Shown here: in pieces, positions 36,646-44,371 of the stretch
Numbering within the stretch: position 1 is the first letter of the stretch
Layout: every line of letters begins with the position of its first letter
Source: a virus
Virus record (IMG/VR): IMGVR_UViG_3300025425_000012
Length of the DNA stretch: 64,000 nt
Reading direction: 5' to 3' (one strand)
Program-made: the position numbers and the translations under genes
The notes under the pieces: model-generated
The model's input: the letters and a program-made list of their open reading frames with translations, nothing else
Told to the model about the DNA's origin: nothing
Databases searched by the model: none

Positions 36646-36840
36646 ATGTTCAAAGTTAAACACGAATATGTAGACAAAGCTCCCTCTGTTGAAGGCGGTA
36701 GCACAGCTTCTACAATAGTTGACAGCTTAGAGGAAGCAGAGGAACATTTTGCTCTCAAAGTTGGGACACAAGTGTTTGACAAACGAGTAATTACACTTCT
36801 AGATGCTAATGATAACATCTTAAAGCAGCAGATTGTATAG
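36646..36840 (+). CDS. hypothetical protein
   Basis: 64-aa ORF. Confidence 0.3.
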   Translation: MFKVKHEYVDKAPSVEGGSTASTIVDSLEEAEEHFALKVGTQVFDKRVITLLDANDNILKQQIV

Positions 36841-36847
36841 TAATAAT

Positions 36848-36919
36848 GCGGGCGTAGCTCAGAGGTAGAGCATTTCGTTGCCAACGAAAATGTCGTGGGT
36901 TCGATTCCCATCGCCCGCT
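36848..36919 (+). tRNA. tRNA-Gly (anticodon GCC), CCA not encoded
   Basis: Perfect acceptor GCGGGCG/CGCCCGC, stem TTTCG/CGAAA, loop TTGCCAA, T GTGGG-TTCGATT-CCCAT, discriminator T then CCC. Confidence 0.7.
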
Positions 36920-37129
36920 CCCTAGCTGGTAACTCAACCAGTAAAAACAAATGAGAAGGCGAAAAGGGTAGCTCCCCTGTATTAGTTCTCTTAGCTAATT
37001 CTAGCCTAACTTTAAGAAAGATAAGATTAAAATAAACAAAGAACTTAATAGGCACTGTTTATTTATTAGTACTAAAGATGTATACAAGGCAAAAGCAATA
37101 GATTGCTTTTTAGATAAATAAAAAACCTG

Positions 37130-37500
37130 CACAATGACCTTGAAACCTATGTGCAATAATAACTACAAAGGTGACAGTCTGGAGAGTGACAGACATTACA
37201 GAAGACCCTGCATACGGTCCAGGGTCTATAAACATAAAATACAGGTTACTCTGTAGGACTCTGAGCCGCGCTAGATATGGCCCGAACGTAAGGTTCAAGA
37301 AGTATCAGGCTAGGGAACAGCTAGCCAACTAATTAAGCAGGGTTCAATTCCCTCGCTGATACCATACAGAAGACCCTGTATCAACCTGAGGGTCGTTAAA
37401 TATGAAGAGAAGGTAACTTCTCAGGTCTATGCTAGCACCGTGTTCCGAGGTCATACTCATAAGGAGAGAGTATCGGAAAGCTATGGAGTAGATAGCAAAC
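37130..37500 (+). ncRNA. ORF-free structured region with duplicated ACAGAAGACCCTG hairpin motif and a 62-nt tRNA-like minidomain (37303-37364, ends GGGTTCAATTCCC-TCGCTGATA-CCA)
   Basis: Two copies of acagaagaccctg...cagggtc / ...gagggtc hairpins at about 37195 and 37365. T-loop and CCA end present without a full cloverleaf. Confidence 0.3.
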
Positions 37501-37539
37501 TAATTAATACTTAACTATGATAATAAATCTTCTTTTAAC

Positions 37540-37580
37540 TTGCCTATTCCTTAATTTTGTTGTAATATAATTTATAGACG
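37540..37580 (+). promoter_or_regulatory. sigma70-like promoter TTGCCT-17-TAATAT
   Basis: acttgcctattccttaattttgttgtaatataatttatagac. Confidence 0.45.
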
Positions 37581-37600
37581 GAATTTAAAAGGATTATACA

Positions 37601-37888
37601 ATGCGTACAGGCAAAAAAAGTAGTAATCATCCCAGCTATATAACTCTTTACGAGTTAGTTATAAAATTAGCAAACTCTCGTGAGTTTTATCATGGGTACA
37701 CTGATTATCGTGCAGGCAAGCCTTTTGCTTATGATATGAATATTGGTATACCTTACGAACGAGGACGGTTATTTGCGTTATATATATCTCAATCTCTAGG
37801 ACCAAAAGCTGTCTGGCGTAAAGGTGTTCTAGCAAAAACTACGCAACAGATACTAAATAATGCTTTTGTGTTACGTAGAATACTTTAA
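37601..37888 (+). CDS. hypothetical protein
   Basis: 95-aa ORF with RBS aaaaggattatacaATG. Confidence 0.35.
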   Translation: MRTGKKSSNHPSYITLYELVIKLANSREFYHGYTDYRAGKPFAYDMNIGIPYERGRLFALYISQSLGPKAVWRKGVLAKTTQQILNNAFVLRRIL

Positions 37889-37903
37889 AATGTATCTTTT
37901 AGT

Positions 37904-37940
37904 TTGCATATTGCTTGCGAATCAGATATATTAAGAATAT
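37904..37940 (+). promoter_or_regulatory. sigma70-like promoter TTGCAT-17-TATATT (no ORF downstream)
   Basis: agtttgcatattgcttgcgaatcagatatattaag, followed by about 230 nt of non-coding sequence. Confidence 0.45.
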
Positions 37941-38178
37941 ATTACTATTGTTGGGAGAATAAAGGTCCGCCTTAATGACCAAAGAATTGACAAGCTCTTT
38001 ATCACTCTTAATAAACCTTGTCGGTTATCTGCTTTCTGTGATAAGAGATTGAAAGCTCAAATAAGCATTCTCTAGGTTAGCTACTTGAGAATGATCTTAA
38101 CAACAATAGTAGTATGTTACCAAGTAACTATATCCTTAATTACTTGATAGCATACTAGATAAAAAATCTGTTTTAAAC

Positions 38179-38215
38179 TTGCTAATTGCTTAAATTATTG
38201 ATATTATGAGATATA
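38179..38215 (+). promoter_or_regulatory. sigma70-like promoter TTGCTA-17-TATTAT (no substantial ORF downstream)
   Basis: aaacttgctaattgcttaaattattgatattatgag. Confidence 0.45.
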
Positions 38216-38388
38216 AGAACTTCTTGACGTATTATCTACGTACTAATTATGTATTCCTTATATAGTGAAGTTCTTATAATTTGCTTACTGTTCAGTAACT
38301 CACTCAGCGTTGGGGGATGACGTCGTTTAATAGCAAACACAGCTTGCAATACCGTGAGGCAAGCTACTAAAAAAAATTAATTTTAATC

Positions 38389-38425
38389 TTGCTCTATGCT
38401 TGATTTTGGTTTATATTAAGATAAT
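38389..38425 (+). promoter_or_regulatory. sigma70-like promoter TTGCTC-17-TATATT (drives non-coding transcript)
   Basis: aatcttgctctatgcttgattttggtttatattaag. Confidence 0.45.
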
Positions 38426-38880
38426 AAGAATTGGCGGTATAGCGTCATTAAGGATACCATATAGCAATATATGCAAAGAGGTGATTTCTACATAACCTCA
38501 CTACTCTAGTAGTAGCCTATCTATAAAACCCTAAGTTAGTTGTAACCGTGTATGCATGAAGTGCAACGCTTCATTAATGGAGCTAGGTAAGAAGTTAAGT
38601 ATATAGTCCGAAAGGATAAGTCCAGGCCAACGGTGAGGACGAATACGGTGGGAGCTGTAACTACGTAATTCCAACTTAACGATTACTAAATACTAATAGG
38701 AGATTACGTTATAGTCTGACTATTCGCGTAGAAAGGCGACGTAATAACACAAACGGTGAGGGCTTTAACGAGCCAAAGTCGTGAAGTGTGGTTGAGTATC
38801 CCGCAAGGAGAAAAACAGGAGGTGTGTTGCATTTTGTATCTAACAAGGTATGAAGCAACTGGAACAGCACATCTTAGTAG
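38426..38880 (+). ncRNA. candidate long structured non-coding RNA (no ORF >60 aa, GC-richer than surroundings)
   Basis: Promoter-proximal, ORF-free, multiple local hairpins. Ends at a tRNA-like element. No family recognised by eye. Confidence 0.25.
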
Positions 38881-38952
38881 ATTAACTTAGTCCAATGGTT
38901 AGGACGTCTGATCCCACATCAGAAGTTAAGAGTTCGAGTCTCTTAGTTTTTA
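38881..38952 (+). tRNA. tRNA-like pseudo-element (CCA-anticodon-like loop TCCCACA; U.U mismatches in acceptor; followed by T-run)
   Basis: D GTCC-AATGGTTA-GGAC, stem TCTGA/TCAGA, T AAGAG-TTCGAGT-CTCTT. Acceptor ATTAACT/AGTTTTT pairs only 5 of 7. Positions 33 and 37 are both C, which is non-canonical. Confidence 0.3.
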
Positions 38953-39454
38953 TGAAAAAAGCGAAAGACTGTTCCGGTATATTGTTAAAAGTGCTTAATG
39001 CCTTAGTCGAAAGACAATAAGGCTCATGATAGCTCGCAAGGCAGGATTGATTGTTCGGAAAGAAGACGTAATAGTTTAGCGACTATGAACTGCCCGACGA
39101 AGGTAGACGGAAGATTGAAAGACGAGTAGCAATATGCGACAGGAGAACCGCCTCTCCTCAAAAAAGGCAGCACTGAGAGATACTAGGATAGCTTCGGCAC
39201 TTAGTGGATACGAATTAACGCTCCATAGCAACGGATACGGTACGGTTCTAAGGCTCTCACTCGATGGTGTAATCTCAGCCAATCTACAAAAAAACTTTGA
39301 TGTTAGATAAAGCTAACACGACCAGAGATAACACTGGGTGCTAAAGTGATACTAGCAAAACACAATCCGTGTCAGTTGCGTTACCCGCTGGCTAATGGTG
39401 GTATGCTGTGCCCACTAACTATAATTATTTTAATGATACATAGAATACCAATAT

Positions 39455-39528
39455 ACCTTGTGGACCCTTTTGATATGGGTATGGGCGCGAGTTCAATGTT
39501 CTAGGTTCGAATCCTGGACAAGGTACCA
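39455..39528 (+). tRNA. tRNA-like pseudo-element with degenerate anticodon arm
   Basis: Perfect acceptor ACCTTGT/ACAAGGT, D ACCC/GGGT, T CTAGG-TTCGAAT-CCTGG, A-CCA. The anticodon region TGGGCGCGAGTTCAATG has no stem. Confidence 0.3.
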
Positions 39529-39831
39529 AGATAATATGCTGACGATGACTCACATAGCCCTATGAATGAGAAACGTAATATTAGTCTTTAGAGCTAAGCA
39601 GTATATTTAATCATTAGTCGTATGAGAAGTGCGGGCAATTTAGTTATTATCATTAACTAAGCTAATGTTTACTAATTTAAGAGATAATATGCACTAATCT
39701 GTATAATTGTTATTATGTTGCTTACTTCACCCAAGTGATATGATATTTACCCCCTTCTTGCCTTGTGAAGAAGCTAGGAAGTAAAGTAGTTATAAGTGTT
39801 TCTACATTATACAGTTTAGTCTATATTATAT

Positions 39832-39908
39832 TGCGAGGTAGGGGAGCGGTCGTCCCCACTGGGCTCATAACTCAGAAATCGTAGGTTCGAATCCTACCCA
39901 CGCAACCA
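39832..39908 (+). tRNA. tRNA-Met (anticodon CAT), second CAT tRNA
   Basis: Acceptor TGCGAGG/CCACGCA (one mismatch), D GGGG-AGCGGTCGT-CCCC, stem CTGGG/CTCAG, loop CTCATAA, T GTAGG-TTCGAAT-CCTAC, A-CCA. Confidence 0.6.
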
Positions 39909-40143
39909 AACTTTATTGCAGGATAGCCTTAAGCTAGATAAGTTGTGAAACTTATTGTGAGTTAAACCCTCTCTCCTGCAACCATATTCAAAGAAAGATT
40001 ATACAATGAACATTCAGAAGTCCCTCCAGCATCTACAGAATAGCGTCGCTTCTTTTAGCGCGGTGTCGGCTGATGAAGCGGATTCTAATGACTTGCAGGC
40101 TTTTGGTATGCTCTAAACATAGAGCAAAAGCATAATATACCAA

Positions 40144-40177
40144 AAGCCGCTCCTACTAGAGCGGCTTTTTTGTTTTT
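40144..40177 (+). terminator. rho-independent terminator (AAGCCGCTC...GAGCGGCTT + TTTTTTGTTTTT)
   Basis: 9-bp perfect stem with a 6-nt loop and a long T-run. Confidence 0.8.
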
Positions 40178-40185
40178 AAAAGTTC

Positions 40186-40222
40186 TTGCATATCATCTAA
40201 TTATATGTTATCTTAAATTAAG
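40186..40222 (+). promoter_or_regulatory. sigma70-like promoter TTGCAT-17-TATCTT
   Basis: gttcttgcatatcatctaattatatgttatcttaaattaag, upstream of the HNH gene. Confidence 0.45.
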
Positions 40223-40259
40223 AAATAAAGGACACACTAACAACTAGGGAGATTAAACC

Positions 40260-40796
40260 GTGTCAAATATTAAATATCCGGCACTTGTTTTAAATGCTGA
40301 TTACAGTCCTATTAGTGTGTTTCCGCTATCTACTTGGGGTTTTGAAAGAACTTTACGAAACTTCTTAAAAGGAAGAATTACACCACTAGAGCACTATGAT
40401 GTTACGCTACGTTCTCCGTCTTTTGAGTACCAGCCGCCTTCGGTTATTGCTTTAAAGAAATACGTAAAACGACCACAGAATGTTGTATTCAATAGAGTAA
40501 ACATTTTCAGACGAGATAACTTTACTTGTCAGTATTGTGGTGATGTTCACTTGCCAAGAGATCTAACTTTTGACCATGTTGTTCCTCGCGCTAATGGCGG
40601 TCCAACTTCGTATGAAAACATTGTAGCATGTTGTGTTCCTTGTAATACTCGTAAAGGTTCATCTACTCACATGAAACCTGTGAGAACACCTAAAGTACCT
40701 TCTGTTAGAGATCTAGCACGAGCTAGTCCTCCAAAAGAAAAACTTCACGCTTCTTGGATAGACTATCTATACTGGAGCGGTGTATTAGAACAGTAA
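40260..40796 (+). CDS. HNH endonuclease
   Basis: CQYCGDVHLPRDLTFDHVVPRANGGPTSYENIVACCVPCNTRKG (HNH core with Zn Cys ligands). GTG start as listed. Confidence 0.7.
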   Translation: MSNIKYPALVLNADYSPISVFPLSTWGFERTLRNFLKGRITPLEHYDVTLRSPSFEYQPPSVIALKKYVKRPQNVVFNRVNIFRRDNFTCQYCGDVHLPRDLTFDHVVPRANGGPTSYENIVACCVPCNTRKGSSTHMKPVRTPKVPSVRDLARASPPKEKLHASWIDYLYWSGVLEQ

Positions 40797-40909
40797 CGGC
40801 GGACTAATTATCTGGCGTTACTAGTAGGGGGGCCATTAATCCTATAGGTATTCGGCTCATTACCGTATTTCCCCTACGACCAATTACCTTATATAACTTA
40901 GGATATAAA

Positions 40910-41218
40910 ATGCCATCTAAATATATTGACTTTGAACGAGTAGATAAACTCTCAGCTTTTGAGTCTGATAAACTTTTGTACCGTAAAATTCTTAAGGTAT
41001 CAGAAGAATCTGGTGAACTAGCACAAGCGTTTCTAGGATATGACGGCGCAAGTAATGCGAGTAGCTCTGCTAATCCGAGTAGAGAAGCTATCTTAGAAGA
41101 AGCCTGTGATGTGATTAACTGTGCTATGTCTGTTATCTCAGTAATGCAATTTACTGATGAAGAGACTAAGACAATGTTTGATAAGAAACTTGATAAATGG
41201 CAATCTAAATACGAATAA
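40910..41218 (+). CDS. MazG-like nucleotide pyrophosphohydrolase domain protein
   Basis: EESGELAQAFLGY ... EEACDVINCAMSVIS matches the MazG EExxE/ExxD helix pair. Confidence 0.45.
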   Translation: MPSKYIDFERVDKLSAFESDKLLYRKILKVSEESGELAQAFLGYDGASNASSSANPSREAILEEACDVINCAMSVISVMQFTDEETKTMFDKKLDKWQSKYE

Positions 41219-41221
41219 CAT

Positions 41222-41311
41222 GGATAGACAAGCCAATGGGCGGTGGCCGCTGCCTTGAAAGCAGTTAGGACTTTAAGTGTCGTGAGGGTTCGACTCCCTC
41301 TCTATCCGCCA
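41222..41311 (+). tRNA. tRNA-Ser (anticodon TGA)
   Basis: Perfect acceptor GGATAGA/TCTATCC, stem CTGCC/GCAG, loop CTTGAAA, long variable arm, T GAGGG-TTCGACT-CCCTC, G-CCA. Confidence 0.65.
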
Positions 41312-41498
41312 ATATGACCCTACAGTTACTTAGGAAGAGAACGTGATGAAACATAAAAAACAAATACTACAACGTACTCTTCGAAATGATTTCGTACCAG
41401 TATATGCAATATCTCCAGGAATATATAGTGTTAAATACGCAAAATGAGCATGTTGCATCTTACTGCGTTAGGCAGTACACTTATTAAATAATAACAAT

Positions 41499-41581
41499 GC
41501 GGGCGTGGCGAAATGGTTATACGCGCAAGACTTAAAATTTTGTTCTTCGGAGTGTGGGTTCGAGTCCCATCGCCCGCACCA
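41499..41581 (+). tRNA. tRNA-Leu (anticodon TAA), second copy
   Basis: Perfect acceptor GCGGGCG/CGCCCGC, stem CAAGA/TTTTG, loop CTTAAAA, variable arm TTCTTCGGAGT, T GTGGG-TTCGAGT-CCCAT, A-CCA. Confidence 0.6.
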
Positions 41582-41602
41582 ATTTAACAAAGGATAGCTG
41601 TT

Positions 41603-41773
41603 ATGTTAGAAGACTATATTCCTACTACTTATAGAGTCTATTATGAGGATGCTACTGCCGACCCTAATGACCCACCTTTTACTGAAGTGTTGGCTATAAA
41701 CGAGGACGACGCACTCTCTAAAGCTACTTCGCATGACAATAAATCTTGGACACATGCAGAGTACTACGGATAA
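41603..41773 (+). CDS. hypothetical small acidic protein
   Basis: 56-aa ORF (below the track threshold) with RBS aaaggatagctgttATG. Confidence 0.3.
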   Translation: MLEDYIPTTYRVYYEDATADPNDPPFTEVLAINEDDALSKATSHDNKSWTHAEYYG

Positions 41774-41895
41774 TAATAACTTAAAGAATAAGCTGTCGTC
41801 TAATAGGAGGACACCTCGACGTTGGAAATTATGTTCAAATCCTACTAGTCGTCTAACATGGCAGGACACCGAGACCGAGGAGATGCAGCCTACAA

Positions 41896-42249
41896 ATGCT
41901 GCCAGCTTTTAACAAACAAAGGTATATTATGAATAAGATTAGTATTAATGGTGTTACTTATAGCTCAACCAGTGGTGATATTTCAGTACAAGGTAATGTA
42001 TTATCAATTAGTGGTCAAGAAATCGAAGCAACAGGTATTGTTGAAATTCGAGTACTTGAAGGCTCTATTGGCGAGTTGACCTCTACTGCCTCTGTTAGCT
42101 GTAATGATGTTACAGGTAACGTCAACGCTAAGGGTAGCGTTAATTGTGAAAATGTTGATGGGAATGTTAAGGCTGGTGGTAGCGTTAATTGTGCTAATGT
42201 TAGTGGTGACGTCAAAGCTGGTGGTAGTATTAACCATAGAAAGAAATAA
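41896..42249 (+). CDS. beta-helix repeat protein, bactofilin-like (tentative)
   Basis: Tandem ~17-aa repeats VTGNVNAKGSVNCENVDGNVKAGGSVNCANVSGDVKAGGSIN. Confidence 0.3.
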   Translation: MLPAFNKQRYIMNKISINGVTYSSTSGDISVQGNVLSISGQEIEATGIVEIRVLEGSIGELTSTASVSCNDVTGNVNAKGSVNCENVDGNVKAGGSVNCANVSGDVKAGGSINHRKK

Positions 42250-42250
42250 T

Positions 42251-42622
42251 ATGATTGATGTACTGAATGCCGACGTTCTAATTATGCGTAAAGCTAAAGA
42301 TCCTTTGGCAAAAACTATGGTATTCCACCTTGCTGAAATACGCAAGATTGGTAAAAACGATAGCAACCGCGATACAACTATAGATGAAGCTGTACAATAT
42401 ATTAAAAAAGCTGTACAAAAACTAAAAGACAATACTCATGCTAACCCTATAGAGATTGAGGTTCTAACTAAGTATTTGCCTGTAATGGCTACTAAAGACG
42501 AAATTCTTGCTATTATCAACCCTATCCTTGCTTCTGGTGGAGGAAAAGGCGACGTTATGAAAGCAGTGAAAACTAAATTCGGCGTAAATGTTGATATGAA
42601 ACTTGTATCAACTTTGCTTTAA
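42251..42622 (+). CDS. GatB/YqeY-domain protein
   Basis: MIDVLNADVLIMRKAKD...LTKYLP...ASGGGKGDVMKAVKTKFGVNVDMKLVSTLL is co-linear with YqeY (..LKEAMKAKD..LEEYLP..MGKVMG.V..K..G.AD.K.V...V). The start is chosen at the internal Met. The longer listed ORF overlaps the previous gene. Confidence 0.5.
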   Translation: MIDVLNADVLIMRKAKDPLAKTMVFHLAEIRKIGKNDSNRDTTIDEAVQYIKKAVQKLKDNTHANPIEIEVLTKYLPVMATKDEILAIINPILASGGGKGDVMKAVKTKFGVNVDMKLVSTLL

Positions 42623-42979
42623 TGATTTGGAGAGCTATAATGGGGATTTTTATTTTCGGAGTACTAGCTGCCGCCTATCTTATTTGGGGTCGAGACACAG
42701 GACAAAGTAATGAATACTCTAATAGAGGCAAGCCAGTTACATTTACTTTTAGGTCTTAAATAATATGGAAAAATATACAGATAACTATTATATGTATTCT
42801 AATAAAGAAGATACTAGAGACGCTTTTGAAGAAGCAGTACCTAATGCTACTAGAAATGCAGCCGAAAGAGCTTCTTATGCTGCTTACGAAGTAATGTTTA
42901 CAGGTTACTGGACAATGCAGGGTGAGTTTTATGCTACTCACGTAAATGATATAGCATTAGAAGAATCAGTTAAACTATA

Positions 42980-43063
42980 GCGGAGAGTACCGGCAAGGTG
43001 TCAAAGTGGGATGGAATTCCATGGGCACGGCAACGTGCGGGTTTCGATTACTCTACTCTCCGC
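42980..43063 (+). tRNA. tRNA-like element (type-II length, non-canonical 5' half with 12-nt palindrome ATGGAATTCCAT)
   Basis: Acceptor GGAGAGT/ACTCTCC, T CGGGT-TTCGATT-ACTCT, G-CCA. No canonical D or anticodon arm. Confidence 0.25.
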
Positions 43064-43180
43064 CACTTGTCCGATCCGGCGGCAATCAATAATTTCCGGC
43101 TGACATTAAGAATTCTCTTTGTTATATATTGCACGATTTATGGCAAGGGACGGGAGGGGGTGCAACCCTCCCTAGAGATT

Positions 43181-43256
43181 GGGGTCGCATGTTCCAAGGG
43201 GGCGACGGCGCTTTGCAAGCACTGTGTGAAGGGTTCGATTCCCTTCGATTCCACCA
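43181..43256 (+). tRNA. tRNA-Ala (anticodon TGC) with G3:U70 identity pair; weak D-stem
   Basis: 76 nt with canonical numbering. Acceptor GGGGTCG/CGATTCC (G3.U70, G4.U69), stem GGCGC/GCACT, loop TTTGCAA, T AAGGG-TTCGATT-CCCTT, A-CCA. The D-stem TGTT/GCGA is poor. Confidence 0.45.
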
Positions 43257-43454
43257 ATATAACACTAATTCTAGACTGCAAAGATAGAATCAGCTAAACC
43301 AGCCTCGCTAGGCACGGTAAACTTGAGACAAGAAAAGCTGCTCAATATAGTGTTAGTTACTATGGGGATAATAGAAATGACTATCTGTAAGGGTATTCTA
43401 TATAGTGAGAACACTATAGAATCGTACCACGGGTTCTTATCTCCACCAAATTAT

Positions 43455-43530
43455 GCTGACTGAGTGTTGCAGGTGTACACAATAGATTGTGGATCTATAG
43501 TATTCGGTTCGAGTCCGAAAGTCAGTTCCA
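43455..43530 (+). tRNA. tRNA-His (anticodon GTG)
   Basis: Acceptor GCTGACT/AGTCAGT, stem ATAGA/TCTAT, loop TTGTGGA, T TTCGG-TTCGAGT-CCGAA, T-CCA. Confidence 0.6.
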
Positions 43531-43545
43531 ACAAGAAAGAAACGT

Positions 43546-44007
43546 ATGTTATATAATAAACCAAGTAATGATAAAGCTTTTAACGATAATTATGTACGTG
43601 CTGTAGATGCGCTTTTTGATAGCTTATATTATCTTGAGCCTAGTTACTTTTATCATTCGCTATCTAGAAGAGAATATATCAAAGAACATAGAACCGTATT
43701 GGTTAAATTACCTAGACAGACAGGTAAAAGCACTTATATACAGTCTTTACAAGCTACTTTAGTACGTAAGAATAGTAAAAGATTCTTACTTGTATCTTCT
43801 AGCCCTAAATCTCTATCTCCTTACCCTATAACTCCTTATCAGTTTTACAGATCATCTAGTATACGTGCCTTGGTAGGTAGAAACTTTGATGGTATTTTAT
43901 TTGATGAATTTAGTAAAAAAGAAATAGATGAGTTTATGGATTCTGATGTTATTCAAAATACCTTAATTTCCACAGCTAATCCTATCATATTTGGATTAAC
44001 TACATAA
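43546..44007 (+). CDS. P-loop NTPase fragment (Walker A PRQTGKST, Walker B ILFDEF; terminase/packaging-ATPase-like), possibly a gene remnant
   Basis: Only 153 aa. LVKLPRQTGKSTYIQ ... FDGILFDEF. Flanked by tRNAs. Confidence 0.3.
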   Translation: MLYNKPSNDKAFNDNYVRAVDALFDSLYYLEPSYFYHSLSRREYIKEHRTVLVKLPRQTGKSTYIQSLQATLVRKNSKRFLLVSSSPKSLSPYPITPYQFYRSSSIRALVGRNFDGILFDEFSKKEIDEFMDSDVIQNTLISTANPIIFGLTT

Positions 44008-44023
44008 CAACTGCCTTATTAGT

Positions 44024-44098
44024 ATATGGGTTATTATACCGGCTTGTCACGCCGACGAAACGAGTTCGAGTCTCGTATAGGGCGCCATAAATAAAATT
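44024..44098 (+). tRNA. tRNA-Asp (anticodon GTC)
   Basis: Acceptor GCCTTAT/ATAGGGC (one G.U), D GTAT/ATAC, stem CGGC/GCCG, loop TTGTCAC, T ACGAG-TTCGAGT-CTCGT, G-CCA. Confidence 0.6.
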
Positions 44099-44106
44099 AC
44101 AATAAT

Positions 44107-44182
44107 GGTCGGTTAGCTCAGATGGTAGAGCGCTGTCTTTACACGGCAGATGTCACTGGTTCGATCCCAGTACCGACTACCA
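44107..44182 (+). tRNA. tRNA-Val (anticodon TAC)
   Basis: Acceptor GGTCGGT/ACCGACT, D GCTC-AGATGGTA-GAGC, stem CTGTC/GGCAG, loop TTTACAC, T ACTGG-TTCGATC-CCAGT, A-CCA. Confidence 0.7.
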
Positions 44183-44188
44183 AATTAT

Positions 44189-44266
44189 TGGAGGACGTAG
44201 CAGAATGGTGATGCATCAGATTTTGGTTCTGATTTTTGGTAGGTTCGATTCCTACTCCTCCAACCA
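44189..44266 (+). tRNA. tRNA-Gln (anticodon TTG)
   Basis: Perfect acceptor TGGAGGA/TCCTCCA, stem TCAGA/TCTGA, loop TTTTGGT, T GTAGG-TTCGATT-CCTAC, A-CCA. Confidence 0.6.
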
Positions 44267-44310
44267 AAAATAAAATACTACGATAAGTAGAAACGACAAT
44301 AACATTAACC

Positions 44311-44347
44311 TTGCCTAACGGCTGAATATCCGCTATATTATATATAC
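44311..44347 (+). promoter_or_regulatory. sigma70-like promoter TTGCCT-17-TATATT
   Basis: ccttgcctaacggctgaatatccgctatattatatatac, upstream of the binding-protein gene. Confidence 0.45.
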
Positions 44348-44371
44348 AAACAACTTATATTAGGATTAATA

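Noticed and set aside
36642-37055. 137-aa minus-strand ORF
   Set aside because: It runs antisense through tRNA-Gly(GCC) (peptide ...AMGIEPTTFSLATKCSTSELRPHY) and the plus-strand small gene. The coding strand here is plus.
37130-38880. Group I/II intron or RNase P RNA in the ORF-free regions
   Set aside because: I could not find the conserved P7/P3 or domain V elements by eye. Left as unclassified candidate ncRNAs pending an Rfam scan.
42104-42250. Upstream extension of the GatB/YqeY ORF
   Set aside because: The extension overlaps the preceding repeat-protein gene in another frame and is hydrophobic low-complexity sequence. YqeY homology begins at the Met at 42251.
42998-43297. 99-aa ORF in the GC-rich block
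   Set aside because: It overlaps two tRNA/tRNA-like elements and a strong hairpin, so the region is better explained as RNA.
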